A DNA stretch of 62,704 nt, filler included, from Chrysochromulina tobinii (GCA_001275005.1; 6 parts of 6 records of this genome joined end to end with filler, not necessarily neighbours in it); one strand, 5' to 3'; shown: positions 8,923 through 21,910, numbered from the whole stretch's first letter. Numbers and translations are program-made. The notes: a model not told the origin generated them from the sequence alone.

Positions 8923-10019
8923 TGTTTTCGGTCGGGAGCCGGGGCGGCGGAAGGGTCGGGAGGGCGGCGCCGGCGGTGAGGGGTTATTACTATGTACAGT
9001 ACTGTAGTAGGGTCCAGCGACTCACCCTCGACTCCGGTGTCGAAATAAATCAATGGCTGTGAATAGATTAGACGGTTTGGCCTACTGGCCTCCCTTAGGA
9101 CTGCTACGGAGCGGCGACCCTGAACACGGATGGGTACACACGCCACACACGGAAAGTACCGAGATGGCATGCAATGCAACATCCACCCGTGTGCCGGGGC
9201 GCCGCCTGCGAACGAGCGCAGTGAGTTGAACACTGACCTAACTACCACGCATATTGGGGGTCGGGTGGGCGGGCGCTTGCCATGGCTCTGCGCGCTCTTG
9301 TGCGCCAGACCACGAAAGCGAAGCCAAAGGCAGCTTTACAGTGGTGGCCCCCGTGGTAGCGGAGCTTTTTGCACGGTCGCATCATCACCTGAGCTGCGGT
9401 CGGGGCCACGCCCCGCCGCTCGAGCTCGTCAAACGAGACCCACGTCGCTTGCTGCCCGTCCACCGAGCGTACGAGGAAGGACCTGCGTCCCCTCGCCCAC
9501 GGCCTTCCGGCGCAGGTGATCTGGTCCGCAGCACGCACCGTTGATCCGTGCACTCTCGCAACAAATCGGAGCGTTGTCTAGCCTCGAGCAGACCGCCTTC
9601 ATGCACCGTATCGACAGGCAATCTGCATCGTACAAATGCAGCAGACAAACCAACCTAACATCCTGAGCTCGACCTCAGTCGATGCCCCCCGCACGCCCGG
9701 CGGCGTGACTTCCTACGAGGACTTCGAGGCGATGTTCGACCATGAAGAGTTCGTTCGCTTCTAGATGGTCTTCAGTGATCATTAGGGCCTGACGATTTCT
9801 CGGCGCTGCTCTCTTTAGCGTTGGGGTCTCTTCGCACACACTGACTCGAGCTTGGTCAGCTCGCGGCAGGTCTGCGGGCTTCCGAGGGCAGCTATGGCGT
9901 GTTTACCCATCGTTGTGCACATCGAGCATCTAACCGAGCCCATCTGGCGGGCGCACGACAGCGAACCCCGCAGATAGAGTTATAGAGCTCATAAACGTCC
10001 GAGTCCCATCGACCCATGG

Positions 10020-10230
10020 CTCGGATAACAGCTTCCGAGACGTTCGCCGCCAGTGCGGCGGACGCCCCCCCGATGCGCAGACTGTGCCCCCCGTACAGGC
10101 CGGGGGAAAGCCCAACAGGGCATCAAGCTGCTCTACAAGACCTACAAGATCTTCTATGCAGAAGAGGAGACGGAGGAGATGGTGCTCGAGCAGTGGGAGG
10201 ACCTGAAGGCGGAGATCAAGGGATAAGTGT
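10020..10230 (+). mobile_element. Possible degraded DNA-transposase (hAT-like) fragment
   Basis: The frame KLLYKTYKIFYAEEETEEMVLEQWEDLKAEIKG has coding-like codon usage and loosely resembles a hAT C-terminal region. It lies in a gene-free, repeat-rich zone. Confidence 0.25.
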
Positions 10231-10265
10231 TGTTTTTTCCCGAAAGTGGTGTTGTTTTTTCCCAT

Positions 10266-10790
10266 ACGCATTAAAGTGCATATTCATGCATTCTGATGCA
10301 TTTTCAACATTTTCATTGCATTTCATTCACCTGCTGCATGATACTGCATATTATTGCATTTATACGCATTCATGTTTGATGCATTCTGATATTGATGCAT
10401 TTGCTTACATTCATACGCATTTTCAATGCTGCATTTGGTACAAGGTGCATTCATTGTGCATTTGAATGCATCCTATTTTGGTTGCATTTTCTTAGCTTGT
10501 TGCATTCTCGTGCATTCATTGCACAAGATGCATTCATGTGCATTCTTTGTATGTTGCATTCTATATGCCGCATCTTAACGCATTCTAATACATTCTCAGC
10601 TTGGTGCATTTTGAATGTGCTGCATTCTACCTGTGATGCATTCAGATGCATTATTTTGTATTCCAGTGCACTTAGGAGGAAAAATACCCGATTTCGATGA
10701 GCGCCGGGGCGCGAACTTACTCGCTTCATGATGCTTAAGAATGCACATGAATGTACAAGAATATACCGGGTACAAGAATGCGTTGGAATG
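10266..10790. repeat. AT-rich degenerate (TGCATT)n low-complexity tract
   Basis: Dozens of TGCAT(T) motifs; orientation switches to AATGCA after about 10700. Confidence 0.8.
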
Positions 10791-11605
10791 CACCAAAAAA
10801 CACCAGGGACCACACATACTTACACAAGAGAAGCCGAGCGGACTCAAGGCCAAACTCACATGGACGGGTATGGGCTGGACGGGCTGTGGGCTTGCCATAA
10901 GGCGTGCCAATGGCGCACCCATGTGCCACTACATGTCATCCAAGTCTTCATCTTCAGACTCCTCTCCATCCCCTTCCTCTTCGACCGTGTCGTCAGTCGG
11001 CTGGATGCGGGTCCAGCAACTATGATGTGTGCAACAAGAACCGCGCAATCGCGGCGCAATCCGTCACCGAGCTCGCGACCGTCTGGCGTCGCATCGGGTC
11101 GCTGCACGTCGAGCCACTTGGCGAGCAGCCCGCTGGCGTGCTGGTCGACCTGCACCAGGGTCATTTTGGCACCACTGGGCAGTTTCCCATGCGCAGCCAG
11201 GGCCTGCATGGCCTCGATCTGCCGATCGATCGGGTTGACGCTGGTGAGCTCCCGTACGTAATTGTACAGCCCCAGGCTGGCGCAGAGCCGATTGACGGGG
11301 GATCGGCTCTGCGCTTGAACCCGTACGTAATTGGCTGGCGCAGATGCTAGCTCGGGGTTCTCTCTTCCCCCCAGCTTCGCCGATTAACGGCCTGTGTTAA
11401 TACGGTTGTGTTAGCACGGGTTGTGTCGGCCACACCTCCGTCCATAGTGATAGTGGCTCTCGTGCTTGGGGGTCCGGAGAGAGTGCGCGTTGTGTTGAAC
11501 AGCAGCAGCCAACGCTCAACCACCCAAGACAGCGGCCGGAAAACGGGGGACGCGGCTCTGCCATCATCGAGGCGCGCAACCCCTTCGCAGAGCATGCTCG
11601 AGGCC

Positions 11606-11705
11606 NNNNNNNNNNNNNNNNNNNNNNNNNNNNNNNNNNNNNNNNNNNNTTAATTAATTAANNNNNNNNNNNNNNNNNNNNNNNNNNNNNNNNNNNNNNN
11701 NNNNN
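11606..11705. other. Artificial contig spacer
   Basis: N44-TTAATTAATTAA-N44, which gives stops in all six frames. Confidence 0.98.
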
Positions 11706-11850
11706 AAATCTCTTGGGGACACTCTAGAACTCACATGCCCCCGGGCGGAGCGAGTTCTAGGACCCGACTTCTAGAATGCAAAGTCGAGCCTTAGAGAAAA
11801 AAAAAGGTGGGTTCCAGAACTCGGCTTTTTCAGCTTTGGGTGTCCACAAG

Positions 11851-12065
11851 GTGATCATAATTTTATTTTTTGTGATATCATGTTGGTATCATGTTTTCCA
11901 AAAGGCGAGTTATATCATCATATATCATGTCATGCATTTGTATCATGAATATATCTATATATCATGGGTCGACGAGGGACATGATATATGAGATACATGA
12001 TGATGATACACATGATACACGATGATACAACCAAGATATAAGATGATATATAATGATATCTTGTA
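11851..12065. repeat. AT-rich ATCATG/GATA low-complexity tract
   Basis: Repeated TATCATG and ATGATA motifs, with orientation flipping near 11970. Confidence 0.65.
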
Positions 12066-12700
12066 TTGAAAATTCCCTTTTCTTGTATTGAAAATTCCCC
12101 CAATCCCAGTGACTGCCGAGGCCCCGAGCAGGGCCGACTGAGTCCATGGCCGGCGTTTACATGAAACAGGGAAGGACGGACTTGCCTACCCTGTTTCTGC
12201 GCAATCTGCGGTTCCCCCCAATTTAAGTTAGCCCCATCGATGTTCCCCCGGCCGCGCGCCCCGGTTATTAACGGTTATTCGATTTGAAGTTTTTCGAACC
12301 AAGAACACCACACCGGGGGGCGTTCGGGCGCACGCACGAGACAGCGACACACCGCATGCGGATCATAACATAATACTAATCGCTATAAATATCGCAACAC
12401 TGACCGGACGAACGAAATTAGAGTTTCAACTACCACTTCACGGTATGGCGTATGGGGTGTGCTTCACCTTCATTCTTCGCTTCCATGGATGCCACGATGC
12501 CTACCGAAGTACCGAAGATGAGGCCAAACCCCAACACCCATTCAATAGATGCATCACCTCTCCCGGTGGTCCAACACGCAACAGATGCATCACTGTCTCC
12601 CCGGGCACTGGGCCGTCGGCCCCGAGGATGATCGGGGTATGATCGGGGACACATGGTGATGCAGCACTTCCGCCACGGTGCTGCTCACAGAGCACCTCTT

Positions 12701-14318
12701 TCAGTCGTCTGATTCCAGCAGACGGACGGGAGACACTACACCCTGCTCTTGCTGCAGGTCAAGCCCACTGCTCTTCGGAGTTGCTTTCATTCGGCACAGC
12801 TTCCACGCCAGCCCGCAGAGGCCGGCCAGGAGAAGGAGACCGCCGCAAACACCTCCTGCGATAGGGCCGATGTCCATGGCCTGAGAGGGCGACAACGAGG
12901 TGAGCGGTACGGAGCTCACATACGTGAAGTGAGCGTCGAGGTTCGGATCTGAGCCGGCGGGTGCGGCGCAGAGCTTGTAGATCATCGGCCCGCTGAGGCG
13001 CACGGTGACCAAGCCGCGCGAAAGCACACCGCCGGTCGGAAAGAGCCCGCCGGCCGCGGCGCCCGCGCACGTGTCATCGCCCGCGGGAAGGAAGGCGCAC
13101 GTTGCGCCATCAGTGAGAGCGGTGCCGACAAAGGCGATGGCCGTGGGGATGTTGGAGGCGATGGTTGCGGGGATAAGGGCGAGGTCGGGCGGCGGCGGCG
13201 ACGACGGCGGCGGCGGCGGCGACGACGGCGGCAGCGAGGGCGGCGGTGCCTCACAAGTTGAAACCGTGCCATGCACGCCAGTGAGGATCGTTGCCCAGGA
13301 GCAGACTGTGGCTCCACAGCAGCTATCGACATTAACGTTGGGCCCATTGGGCCCTTGATCAGCTGTGTTCCCACCGATGGTGCATGATGAGATGGCCACT
13401 GTGCCACCCTGGACATAGACACCGCCGCCATTGGAAGCTGTATTCCCGTGGATCGAGGAAGATGTTATCGTGACCGTGCCGGAAGAGACGATGACACCGC
13501 CTCCCCAATTTGTAGCTGTATTCCCGTAGATCGAGGAAGACGTTATTGTGACCGTGCCAGAGCCAGATAAGATGTAGACACCACCTCCATATGTAGCTGT
13601 ATTGCCAGTGATGGTGCAGGATGACAAGATCACCGTGCCAACGACGTAAACACCGCCGCCGGATGATTCATAGGTAGCTGTGTTGGAGTAAATCTGGGAG
13701 CTCACGATTGACACTGTGCCACTCTGGACAAAGACGCCGCCGCCATTGTGAGCTGTGTTCCCGTAGATCGAGGAAGACGTCATCGTGACTGTGCCGGACT
13801 GGACATAGACACCACCACCACCACCACCTCCATCGTTCATGTAGCCTCCCGTGATGTTGAGCCCGATCATTTTCACGACGCCCAACGAGCCGGCGTCGAT
13901 GATCAGCACACGGCGCAGACTCGAGGAGCTGGCTTGTGCATCCAGCACGACCGATCCTGCCACCGCCGCCTCGAGGACGACACTCCTGGTGATGTTGAGC
14001 TCGGCGCTGAGTATGTACGTGCCAGGGGCGAGGACAATGCAGCTGACGGCTGTGTTGGCGAGTGCACTGAGCAGGCCCGCACTGGTGCTCACCTGGGTCT
14101 GCAGCTCGCGGCGGTGGCTGGGCACCGCGAGCTGCAGACCTCGGTACAACCCTGGATCGTTGCTGGCCTCAGTGCAGGGCAGCACGGTGCACGGGAGTGC
14201 CATCAGTGGCAACCATGGAGGTGGAGGGGATGGCATCCGAACGGGAGGTGGCGGCGTAGGCACAAGCAAACGTTCCCGTGGCCGAGGCGGTGGCGATGAA
14301 GGAGATGAGGAGGGCCAT
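12701..14318 (-). CDS. Pmp-like right-handed beta-helix repeat surface protein with Pro-rich stalk and C-terminal TM helix; 5' structure uncertain
   Basis: Repeats of GGGVYV..GTVTI.SSSI.GNTA, a PPSSPPPP linker and TM IAGGVCGGLLLLAGLCGLAW. A signal-peptide-like MALLISFIATASA (ATG 14318) is in another frame, which implies a 5' intron or frameshift. Confidence 0.75.
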
Positions 14319-14499
14319 CTGCATCTCTCGTGACGATGTTGTGCCGTGATCGTGCTCGCATTCTTCCGGATTGACGTGCCGAGGACCAGATGTGGGGTTA
14401 TCGCGCTCTGAGTAACGGGCTGCACAGAAAACATCGATAATACAAACAGCGCGATCGATGACGAAGCGACGAAATCCCCCTGGTTCGAGATTTTTGCTC

Positions 14500-15702
14500 A
14501 TGACAGTCCGGACCGTGGCGCTCCTCGCGCCGACGCTGGCCGCAGCTCTGCAGCTGCAACCAGCGCTCCCACGGTTCTCGGCAGAGGTACGCCGCCGCGC
14601 ATCGCCTCTGGTTGCAAAGGAGAAAGGGCCGCCCACGCGTGAGCCTGACGTGCTCGTGCCCACAGAACAGGGCGGCGTCCTCTGGGATGTGCTGCCAGTC
14701 GCGCTGCTGCTCGAATCACAGTCAGCTGATCGAAGCGCCGATCCGTTGGTGGGCGAGGATGCGGGCACGTTTGCTTGGAAGAATGAGCGCTGGGGCTCGC
14801 TGCGGGCCGAGGGCGGCCAAGTAGGACGCGACTGGCTGACCTTTTTCGTAGCTGTCGCCACGATCATGACTGCAGTCATTATGACCTGGGTGCTGCCGGC
14901 CACGGGGTACGGCGACGACTTCCTCGCCGGGCTGGAGTCGGCAGTGGGTGGAAACTCGCACCTTGTCACGCTCGCCCTCGGCATCATCTTCCCGATCGTC
15001 CATTCCGGACTCGCATCGCTCCGGCCGTACGCAGAGCCAATCGTCGGCGCGCGCGCGTGGCGCGTCGTGTTCGCGTTCCCCTCGCTCTGCCTGTCATACA
15101 CGTGGATCACCTACTTCATCAGCCACGCGCACGACGGCCTCGTGTGGTGGGATGGGGAGCAGAGTGCCCTGGCGCACACGCTCGCGTGGGGCGTGAGCTT
15201 CCTCTCATTCTTCTTCCTGTATCCAAGCGTGTTCAACCTGAAGGAGGTTGCGGCCGTCGAAAAGCCGAAGGTACACCTGTGGGAGACGGGCATCATCCGG
15301 ATCACGCGCCACCCGCAGATGGTCGGCCAGGTCATGTGGAGCGCGGCACACCTCGCTATGGTTGGCTCCTCCTTCACCCTGCTCACGATGGCTCTCCTTG
15401 TCGGCCACCACGTGTTCGCCACATGGAATGGGGACCGCCGACTGCTCGATGCGCACGGCGAGGCCTTCCTGCGGATCAAGGAGCGCACGAGCATCGTGCC
15501 CTTCGCGGCCGTGCTGGAGGGTCGGCAAACGTTGCCCAAGGATTACTACAAAGAGCTCCTCCGCGCTCCTTACGCGCTGATCGCTGTCGGCACGCTCGGT
15601 GCATACCTGGCACATCCCTACATGCAGGCCGGCGCGGCACTCGCGCGCAACACCGGCCTCGTTCCCGGCGGAATCCTCGATGGCTTGCTCCCCGGAGCCT
15701 GA
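14500..15702 (+). CDS. Z-ISO: 15-cis-zeta-carotene isomerase (NnrU family), plastid-targeted
   Basis: [51 protein letters not shown] and RTSIVPFAA. The N-terminus has a signal peptide plus a transit-like region. Confidence 0.92.
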   Translation: MTVRTVALLAPTLAAALQLQPALPRFSAEVRRRASPLVAKEKGPPTREPDVLVPTEQGGVLWDVLPVALLLESQSADRSADPLVGEDAGTFAWKNERWGSLRAEGGQVGRDWLTFFVAVATIMTAVIMTWVLPATGYGDDFLAGLESAVGGNSHLVTLALGIIFPIVHSGLASLRPYAEPIVGARAWRVVFAFPSLCLSYTWITYFISHAHDGLVWWDGEQSALAHTLAWGVSFLSFFFLYPSVFNLKEVAAVEKPKVHLWETGIIRITRHPQMVGQVMWSAAHLAMVGSSFTLLTMALLVGHHVFATWNGDRRLLDAHGEAFLRIKERTSIVPFAAVLEGRQTLPKDYYKELLRAPYALIAVGTLGAYLAHPYMQAGAALARNTGLVPGGILDGLLPGA

Positions 15703-16427
15703 CCTGCAGGTACACGGACATGTAGAGAGGTGGTAGCTAGGCCCGGGGCTCACCCGCCCCCTGCGCCCAGGGGTGAGGTTTCCTGCACCTGGTTGACTGA
15801 TGACTCTTCGAAGTGTTGCACGGGACATCGGGGCCCATGTGGAATTGGAATCTTTGGGCATTGGGCTTAGGGCTGCAGGCCCGCGGGGCGCGAGTCATCC
15901 AGTCAATCCAGGTCGAGGCCGCGGCCGGCGCAGGTGACGGGCACGCGTGAGTCGGAAGGTCCACAAACCCCTTTGCGAGACTGTTTCGCGAGGGTGTTGG
16001 GGTAAGAGGCGTTACAGGAGGAAATGTGAGAGCCACAGAGATAGGTTGCCGAGAAAGCGCCGAGACCACAGCGAGAATGCGAGAGACCGGATTCCCGGTC
16101 GCGCAACGAGTCGGCGCCCCACCTCTGCTGCAAGGTCGTTGAAGTTCCTCGGTGCCCGTTCGCACTCATAGGCTACTTCTCGTGCGGGTGAGGCGCGATT
16201 GGGCAATGGCGCGCATAGCATGGGGCCCAGGAGCACCTGCGCTGCGAGCGCCGTGCGTGTCGCTGCGAAATCGGATGCCCGAAGCAGCCAATGCTCCCTG
16301 GCGCTCGAGCCCCTCTCCGTGTTCCCTTGTAGCAAAACCTCAGATCTCTCCCTCGTGCGCTCTCTCGCGCTCTCTCTCAGGTCTCGTGAGCCGACGGTGT
16401 TCCGCGTGTCGTCGGACTATCAACGGC

Positions 16428-19400
16428 ATGGCGAAAGTCGGACCCTCTCACCACAACCCAAAATGGCCAACGATGGAAAACCTCGTCAAGATGATGGAGG
16501 AGAAGGACTCGAGCCACTTGAACTTGGACAAGGCGCTTACGCCTGCGCAAAGTCTCGCGGCCATGCTCGACACTGACGTGATGACTGGGCGTACGCACAC
16601 GGCCGACGACTTTCATCACCGTCAGAGCGTTTTCGGCGCGAACATGGTCGAGGAAAGGAGGCTGACGACGTACTGGGAGTTTTGCAAGGACGCGCTGGGC
16701 GATACGACGATCCAGCTGCTGCTCGTCATGTCGGTTATCTCCATCGTCATGGAGAGCACCGTTGGGGACCACAAGACAACTGGTTGGATCGATGGCTTCG
16801 CGATCATGGTAACCTGTGCTTTTGTTGTGAACTCTGGGTCCATCATCAACTATCGCAAGCAGGCCCTCTTCGCCAAGCTTCAGGATGCCCTCAAATCGGG
16901 CAACCTGAAGCGCGTGATTCGGAACGGTGTGCAGATCGACATCAAAGATTCTGAGATCGTCGTGGGCGACATCGTCTGCTTCAACTCGGTCAACCTGGCG
17001 TCGATCCCAGCCGATGGCCTTCTCGTCGACGGCACGGACGTGAAGATGGACGAGTCGGCTCTCACTGGTGAGCCAAAGCTCATCTCGAAGGAGCCGGCGG
17101 GCAAAGACCCCTACATTCTCGCCGGCACCAACGCCGTGTCCGGTTCGGGCAAGCTGCTCATTGTGGCTGTGGGGCCAAACTCGACCGCCGGCAAGATCGC
17201 AGCTGCGGTGTACGGCAAGCAGGGGGAGGGCGAAGATGAGGGCACGCCCCTCGAGAACAAGCTCAACGGGATGGTGCTTAAGATTTCCAACACCGGCCTG
17301 TCTTTAGCTCTCATCGCTCTGATCGCCTTGTTGGCCCGTGGGCTCCCTGAGAGGGTCGAGAAGGATGAGGGCGTTGCGGCGTTCGTGGTCAAAGCCATCA
17401 TGATCGCCATCACCGTCCTCGCCGTCGCCGTGCCTGAGGGTCTGCCGCTCGCCGTCACCCTCGCCCTCTCGATCGCCTCGAATAAAATGATGAAGGAGAA
17501 CAACCTCGTCAAGATCCTCAAGTCGTGCGAGACGATGGGCTCTGCGACCACCATCTGCACCGACAAGACAGGCACCCTCACCGCTAACCGCATGACCGTC
17601 CGCGCGTGCTTCCTCGGCGGCGAGTACATCCTGCCTTCGGACTATGGGGTCGACGATACCGCCGGCTCACTCCTTGCTAAGAAGATCCCCGCGGCGACGA
17701 CGAAGCTGATCGCCGACCTCATGGCGATCTGCACGATGGACGATTCGTTTGTCCAGCCGCCCCTCGCCCCCGGCGGTTGGCCGGTGTTCAAGGGCAATCC
17801 GACCGAGTGCGCGTTGCTCATCTGCGTTGGCACCCTAGGCCACGACTACGAGCAGATTCGTAAGGAGACGACTGGCCGGTCGCTGGAGACCCAGAAGCAG
17901 GGATGGAGCCAGATCTTTTCGTCCGCACGCAAGATGATGAGTTACGCTGTGCCGCTGGGCGACGGCAAGTGGCGCCTGTATGTCAAGGGCGGCAGTGACG
18001 TCATCTTTGAGCGGTGCACCACCATGCTCAGTGGCGAGCAGGCTGTGCCCATGGACATGTCCGTGCTCGATCCCAAGGTGAAGAAGATGTCGTCGTTGGC
18101 CATGCGCAACCTTGCGCTCGCGTACCGCGATTTCCCCTCCACTCCCGATTGGGAGGCGACTCACGCGTCGCAGCTCAACGTCGATGGCTCCCCCGCTCTC
18201 GCCGTCGAGACGGAGCTCGTGTTGGTTGGCATCATCGGCATCGAGGATCCGCTGCGCCCCGAGGTGGCCCCGGCGATCAAGGCGTGCTATACGGCGGGCA
18301 TCGACGTGCGCATGGTCACCGGCGACAATCTTGACACGGCCATCGCCATCGCCAAGGACGCCGGCATCCTCAACGATTCACACTTTGAGAAGGATGCGAC
18401 GACGCTCTCCGGGTTTCGCACCAAGCCCAAGGTCGCCATGGAAGGCAAGGCGTTCCGCACGGCCGTCTACATCGAGGACAAAGAGACTGGCAAGAAGGAG
18501 TTCGACCAGGACGCGTTTGACGAGATCTGGCCGCACCTCCGCGTCCTCGCGCGCGCGGCCCCCCAGGATAAGCTCACCCTCGCCGACGGCCTCCAAAAGT
18601 CGAACCTCTTCAAGAACAAGAAGAAGTGCGCGGCGCTGCTGGCCGAATCTGGAATCACGATCTTCCCAGATCGCCAGGTGATCGCCATGACTGGCGACGG
18701 CACCAACGACGCCCCCGCCCTCAAGCGCGCCGACGTCGGCTTCGCGATGAACATCGCGGGAACCCAGATCTCCAAGGACGCTGCCGACATCATCCTGCTC
18801 GACGATAACTTCGCCTCCATCGTGACCGCGGTCAAGTGGGGTCGCAACGTCTACGACTCGATCTGCTGCTTCCTCCAGTTCCAGCTGACGGTCAACATCG
18901 TGGCGTGCATCCTGACGATCATCTGCATCTTTGTCCACGCGCAACCGCCCATCCAGGCCATTCAGATGCTCTGGATCAACGTGATCATGGACTCGATGGC
19001 TTCGATCGCCATGGCCTCTGAGCCGCCCAACCCGACTGTTCTCAATCGTCCGCCGATCAACCGCACGGCAAGCATCCTCAAACCGCGCATGGTTGCGAAC
19101 ATGATCGCGCAGTCCGTCTATCAGCTCGCCGCCCTCCTGGTCATCTACTTCAAGGGGCCCGAGTGGGGTGGATTCTTTGAGGGCCACTTGGCTGGTGAAA
19201 AAGTCGTTGTCGGTATGCTCCCCATCGACGCACCCATCGACGTTAACGGTACGATTGCTGGGCGAATGCTCGCGCAAATTGGAGGGTGCCCAGCAGGAGC
19301 CATTTGCGTCGAGATGCCTTCGGAATCCGTCCACTACACGCTCATGTTCAACGCGCTGGTCATGATGACCCTCTTCAACGAGCTCAACAGCCGCAAGCTC

Positions 19401-19835
19401 AATGGCGAGGTCAACGTCTTGTCGGGCATCACGAAAAACCCCACCTTCATTGGGGTCTTCCTCTTCTCCTTTGGCGTTCAGGCGATCGTCGTGCAGGTCG
19501 GAAGCCTGGCCTTCAAGACTGCGCCCCTTGACGGCCGCCAGTGGGGCGTCTGCATCGCGCTGGGCTTCCTCGGCATGGTCTGGCAGTTGGGCATCAACCT
19601 CATCTTTTACATGATCTCTTCGTGCATGGGCAAGAAGAAGGGCAAAGAAGTGGTGATTGAGATGGAGAAGCCCGTGCTCAGACGCTCCTCGACTCAGATG
19701 TTGGCTGAACAAGCTGCTGCGGGCGCTGCTGGGCTTGTGACTTCGCATCCGGCCTCAAGCCCTCTCATCCTACAGCCGAAGGACAGCCGTGTCAAGTTGG
19801 CGAGGCAGATGAGCTCGGGTAGGCCGGTGCACTAA
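16428..19835 (+). CDS. P-type IIB (PMCA-like) Ca2+-transporting ATPase
   Basis: DESALTGE, VPEGLPLAVT, DKTGTLT, MVTGDN, TGDGTNDAPAL, FLQFQLTVN. Confidence 0.96.
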   Translation: MAKVGPSHHNPKWPTMENLVKMMEEKDSSHLNLDKALTPAQSLAAMLDTDVMTGRTHTADDFHHRQSVFGANMVEERRLTTYWEFCKDALGDTTIQLLLVMSVISIVMESTVGDHKTTGWIDGFAIMVTCAFVVNSGSIINYRKQALFAKLQDALKSGNLKRVIRNGVQIDIKDSEIVVGDIVCFNSVNLASIPADGLLVDGTDVKMDESALTGEPKLISKEPAGKDPYILAGTNAVSGSGKLLIVAVGPNSTAGKIAAAVYGKQGEGEDEGTPLENKLNGMVLKISNTGLSLALIALIALLARGLPERVEKDEGVAAFVVKAIMIAITVLAVAVPEGLPLAVTLALSIASNKMMKENNLVKILKSCETMGSATTICTDKTGTLTANRMTVRACFLGGEYILPSDYGVDDTAGSLLAKKIPAATTKLIADLMAICTMDDSFVQPPLAPGGWPVFKGNPTECALLICVGTLGHDYEQIRKETTGRSLETQKQGWSQIFSSARKMMSYAVPLGDGKWRLYVKGGSDVIFERCTTMLSGEQAVPMDMSVLDPKVKKMSSLAMRNLALAYRDFPSTPDWEATHASQLNVDGSPALAVETELVLVGIIGIEDPLRPEVAPAIKACYTAGIDVRMVTGDNLDTAIAIAKDAGILNDSHFEKDATTLSGFRTKPKVAMEGKAFRTAVYIEDKETGKKEFDQDAFDEIWPHLRVLARAAPQDKLTLADGLQKSNLFKNKKKCAALLAESGITIFPDRQVIAMTGDGTNDAPALKRADVGFAMNIAGTQISKDAADIILLDDNFASIVTAVKWGRNVYDSICCFLQFQLTVNIVACILTIICIFVHAQPPIQAIQMLWINVIMDSMASIAMASEPPNPTVLNRPPINRTASILKPRMVANMIAQSVYQLAALLVIYFKGPEWGGFFEGHLAGEKVVVGMLPIDAPIDVNGTIAGRMLAQIGGCPAGAICVEMPSESVHYTLMFNALVMMTLFNELNSRKLNGEVNVLSGITKNPTFIGVFLFSFGVQAIVVQVGSLAFKTAPLDGRQWGVCIALGFLGMVWQLGINLIFYMISSCMGKKKGKEVVIEMEKPVLRRSSTQMLAEQAAAGAAGLVTSHPASSPLILQPKDSRVKLARQMSSGRPVH

Positions 19836-20925
19836 AGCGCGCCTGGTGCCCCCTAGTCCGCTCTCGCGCGAGTGGGGCGTTTGGACGGCGCAGCCCCCCT
19901 TACTGTTGCTGCAGGTGCTCTCGCATGCTCTCGTGTGCGTTGGCACCCGAAGATGGGCCTGTACTTGAGCGGGAGTCGAGAAGAGCAATTGTTGGTGGCT
20001 GATCTTATGGGGCTGGAGGGGACATCGAGACGGGCGGGTGGGGGGTTCGTGTGGCCGTCGTTCGCATGTCAAGCCACATCGCACCGCAGCGCATGCGGTC
20101 TACAAGCGGTTCGGCTCATCGTGGGTTCGTGGCTCTGAGCAGCTCACCGCCATATCGGATTTCAACGTGGCGGCCGCCGTGGTGCACTCCGCGCAGTTCA
20201 ATACATGATAATTTGAACGCGAGAGACGGGCGTTGACTGCCAGGGGTCCGTCCTTGGTCAGGAAACAGGAACAAGGGGTCCCGTGGGAGTGTGTGCGAGC
20301 GGGGAGAAGATGCGGAGATTGGCGGTAACATCGTGTATCTGTAAAGTGTGTCGCGTACCGATGTTTCAAGGACGGAAACGGGGAAAGGTTGTTCCGTGAA
20401 GCTCCAAGCTCGGAAGGGGACGCTCGGTCAAAGGTGAAAGGACGTCGGATCTTATAGTTCTTAACACTCTTACCGAAGTCGGACTTACGTTGCGTTGCTT
20501 CGGGGTTCGGACGAAACTGGTGCGTTGAAAGGCTTGATGTTGAGGCTTGAAAGCAGACCAGCATTCTGTTAAGCATTCTGGCCCTTTAAAAACGCGTGCG
20601 ATGCGAATAAAGACCAGCGGGGACAAGACACAGCGAAGGCTGCAGCGTATACACACACCTGCGCCGTCGACGGTGCTGTACCTGGTGAGGGCCCGCTGAG
20701 GTTCACAGACCCCTTCATCGGCGGGACATCGCAGACTAGTTTCCGAGCTTCGCACACGCACGAGCCATGCATGAGCTTCCCAGCAACGGGCCCACAGCCA
20801 CCCTCACAGTAACACGACGAGGGCGCTTGCGTCCTCTTGCATGGCCAGCGACTGATTGAGCCACGATTGCACGGACTGTCATGTGGGCGCGCTAGTGTCC
20901 ACAGTGTGTGCTGGTGAGTGTCAAT

Positions 20926-21710
20926 TTACACTCCAGGAGGTAAGCACACCTGGCCTGCCTGGTTCTCAAAGAGGAATCCGTAGGTCAGGTACTCGTCGCG
21001 GCTAAAGTCGGATGCGCAGTCCGTCGGGCACGCGATCCACACGAGGCGGGTGCCCTGAGTGATGGGGACGTTGTGCTGGCCACCGGCTTCGGGCACGAGG
21101 ATCATGTTCTTCGTCTTATGCTTGATCAAAAAGGAGCCATCATCATCGGCGTAGGACCAGCCGGGGCGCGTGTTATCATTGTAGAGGAGCACGTAGCCGA
21201 TCCGGTTGGTCGCCTCCGTCATATGCTGTGCGTTGTTCACGTTGAACGAGAGGTCGCTCGCAATGGGGTCGGTAAAAAAGGTGGTTTCGGTGCGGTGAGG
21301 GTACGTGGCGACGCCGTAGCCGCCGCTGTAGCACACACGGTTGCTCGACGTGGGCGAACAGCGGAGTGCCTGCATGAACTTGTCCATCTGCACGCCGTGC
21401 GTGAGCAAGAAGGAGTAGTCGCCCGGTGTGGGGTGTACGATGGCGCGCAGCCCGATCGCGCCAAAATCCGCGCGTCCCTCGGCGAATACCACTGTGCCCT
21501 CATTCATCAGGTTCCTGCCGGCCGGTCCGACCCGCGTCGGATGCACGTACATGCCACCGCCCTGTGTCGCGAAGTTGGTGAAGGCCCCGTTGATCGTGCC
21601 ATGCCCCGCCCAGCGCTTGTGCCGCAGCACAAAGTTGGTGCCGATCGGGCACGCGACGAGCGGCGGCGGAAAGGGCGGCGGTGAGGGGGGTGGCGAGGGG
21701 GGTGGCGAGG
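20926..21710 (-). CDS. Hypothetical protein, 5'-truncated by the contig end; Pro-rich linker followed by an unknown domain
   Basis: The frame is open from the gap (PSPPP repeats) to the stop at 20926, with coding-like codon bias. Confidence 0.6.
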
Positions 21711-21810
21711 NNNNNNNNNNNNNNNNNNNNNNNNNNNNNNNNNNNNNNNNNNNNTTAATTAATTAANNNNNNNNNNNNNNNNNNNNNNNNNNNNNNNNNN
21801 NNNNNNNNNN
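21711..21810. other. Artificial contig spacer
   Basis: N-TTAATTAATTAA-N, 100 nt. Confidence 0.98.
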
Positions 21811-21883
21811 TTCCCCCTGGCTGGGCTACTGATGGCCCCGCCGACTGTCTCTTCACACGGTGGTTCACGGCCGCTTAACTGTT
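21811..21883. repeat. Dispersed repeat, probable transposon end; second copy at 28333-28406
   Basis: TTCCCCCTGG..GGGCTACTGATG...TCACGGCCGCTTAAC.GTT is shared by both copies. Confidence 0.75.
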
Positions 21884-21910
21884 GGGGTCAAGCGGCATTT
21901 CGGGCGTGCG

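Noticed and set aside
11606..11705. Recurring TTAATTAATTAA motif between N runs (five times)
   Set aside because: Artificial six-frame-stop contig linker. Adjacency across these gaps has no biological meaning.
18378..19748. Long antisense ORFs (also 26104-27669, 41123-42276 and others)
   Set aside because: Shadow frames caused by high GC3 on the real coding strand.
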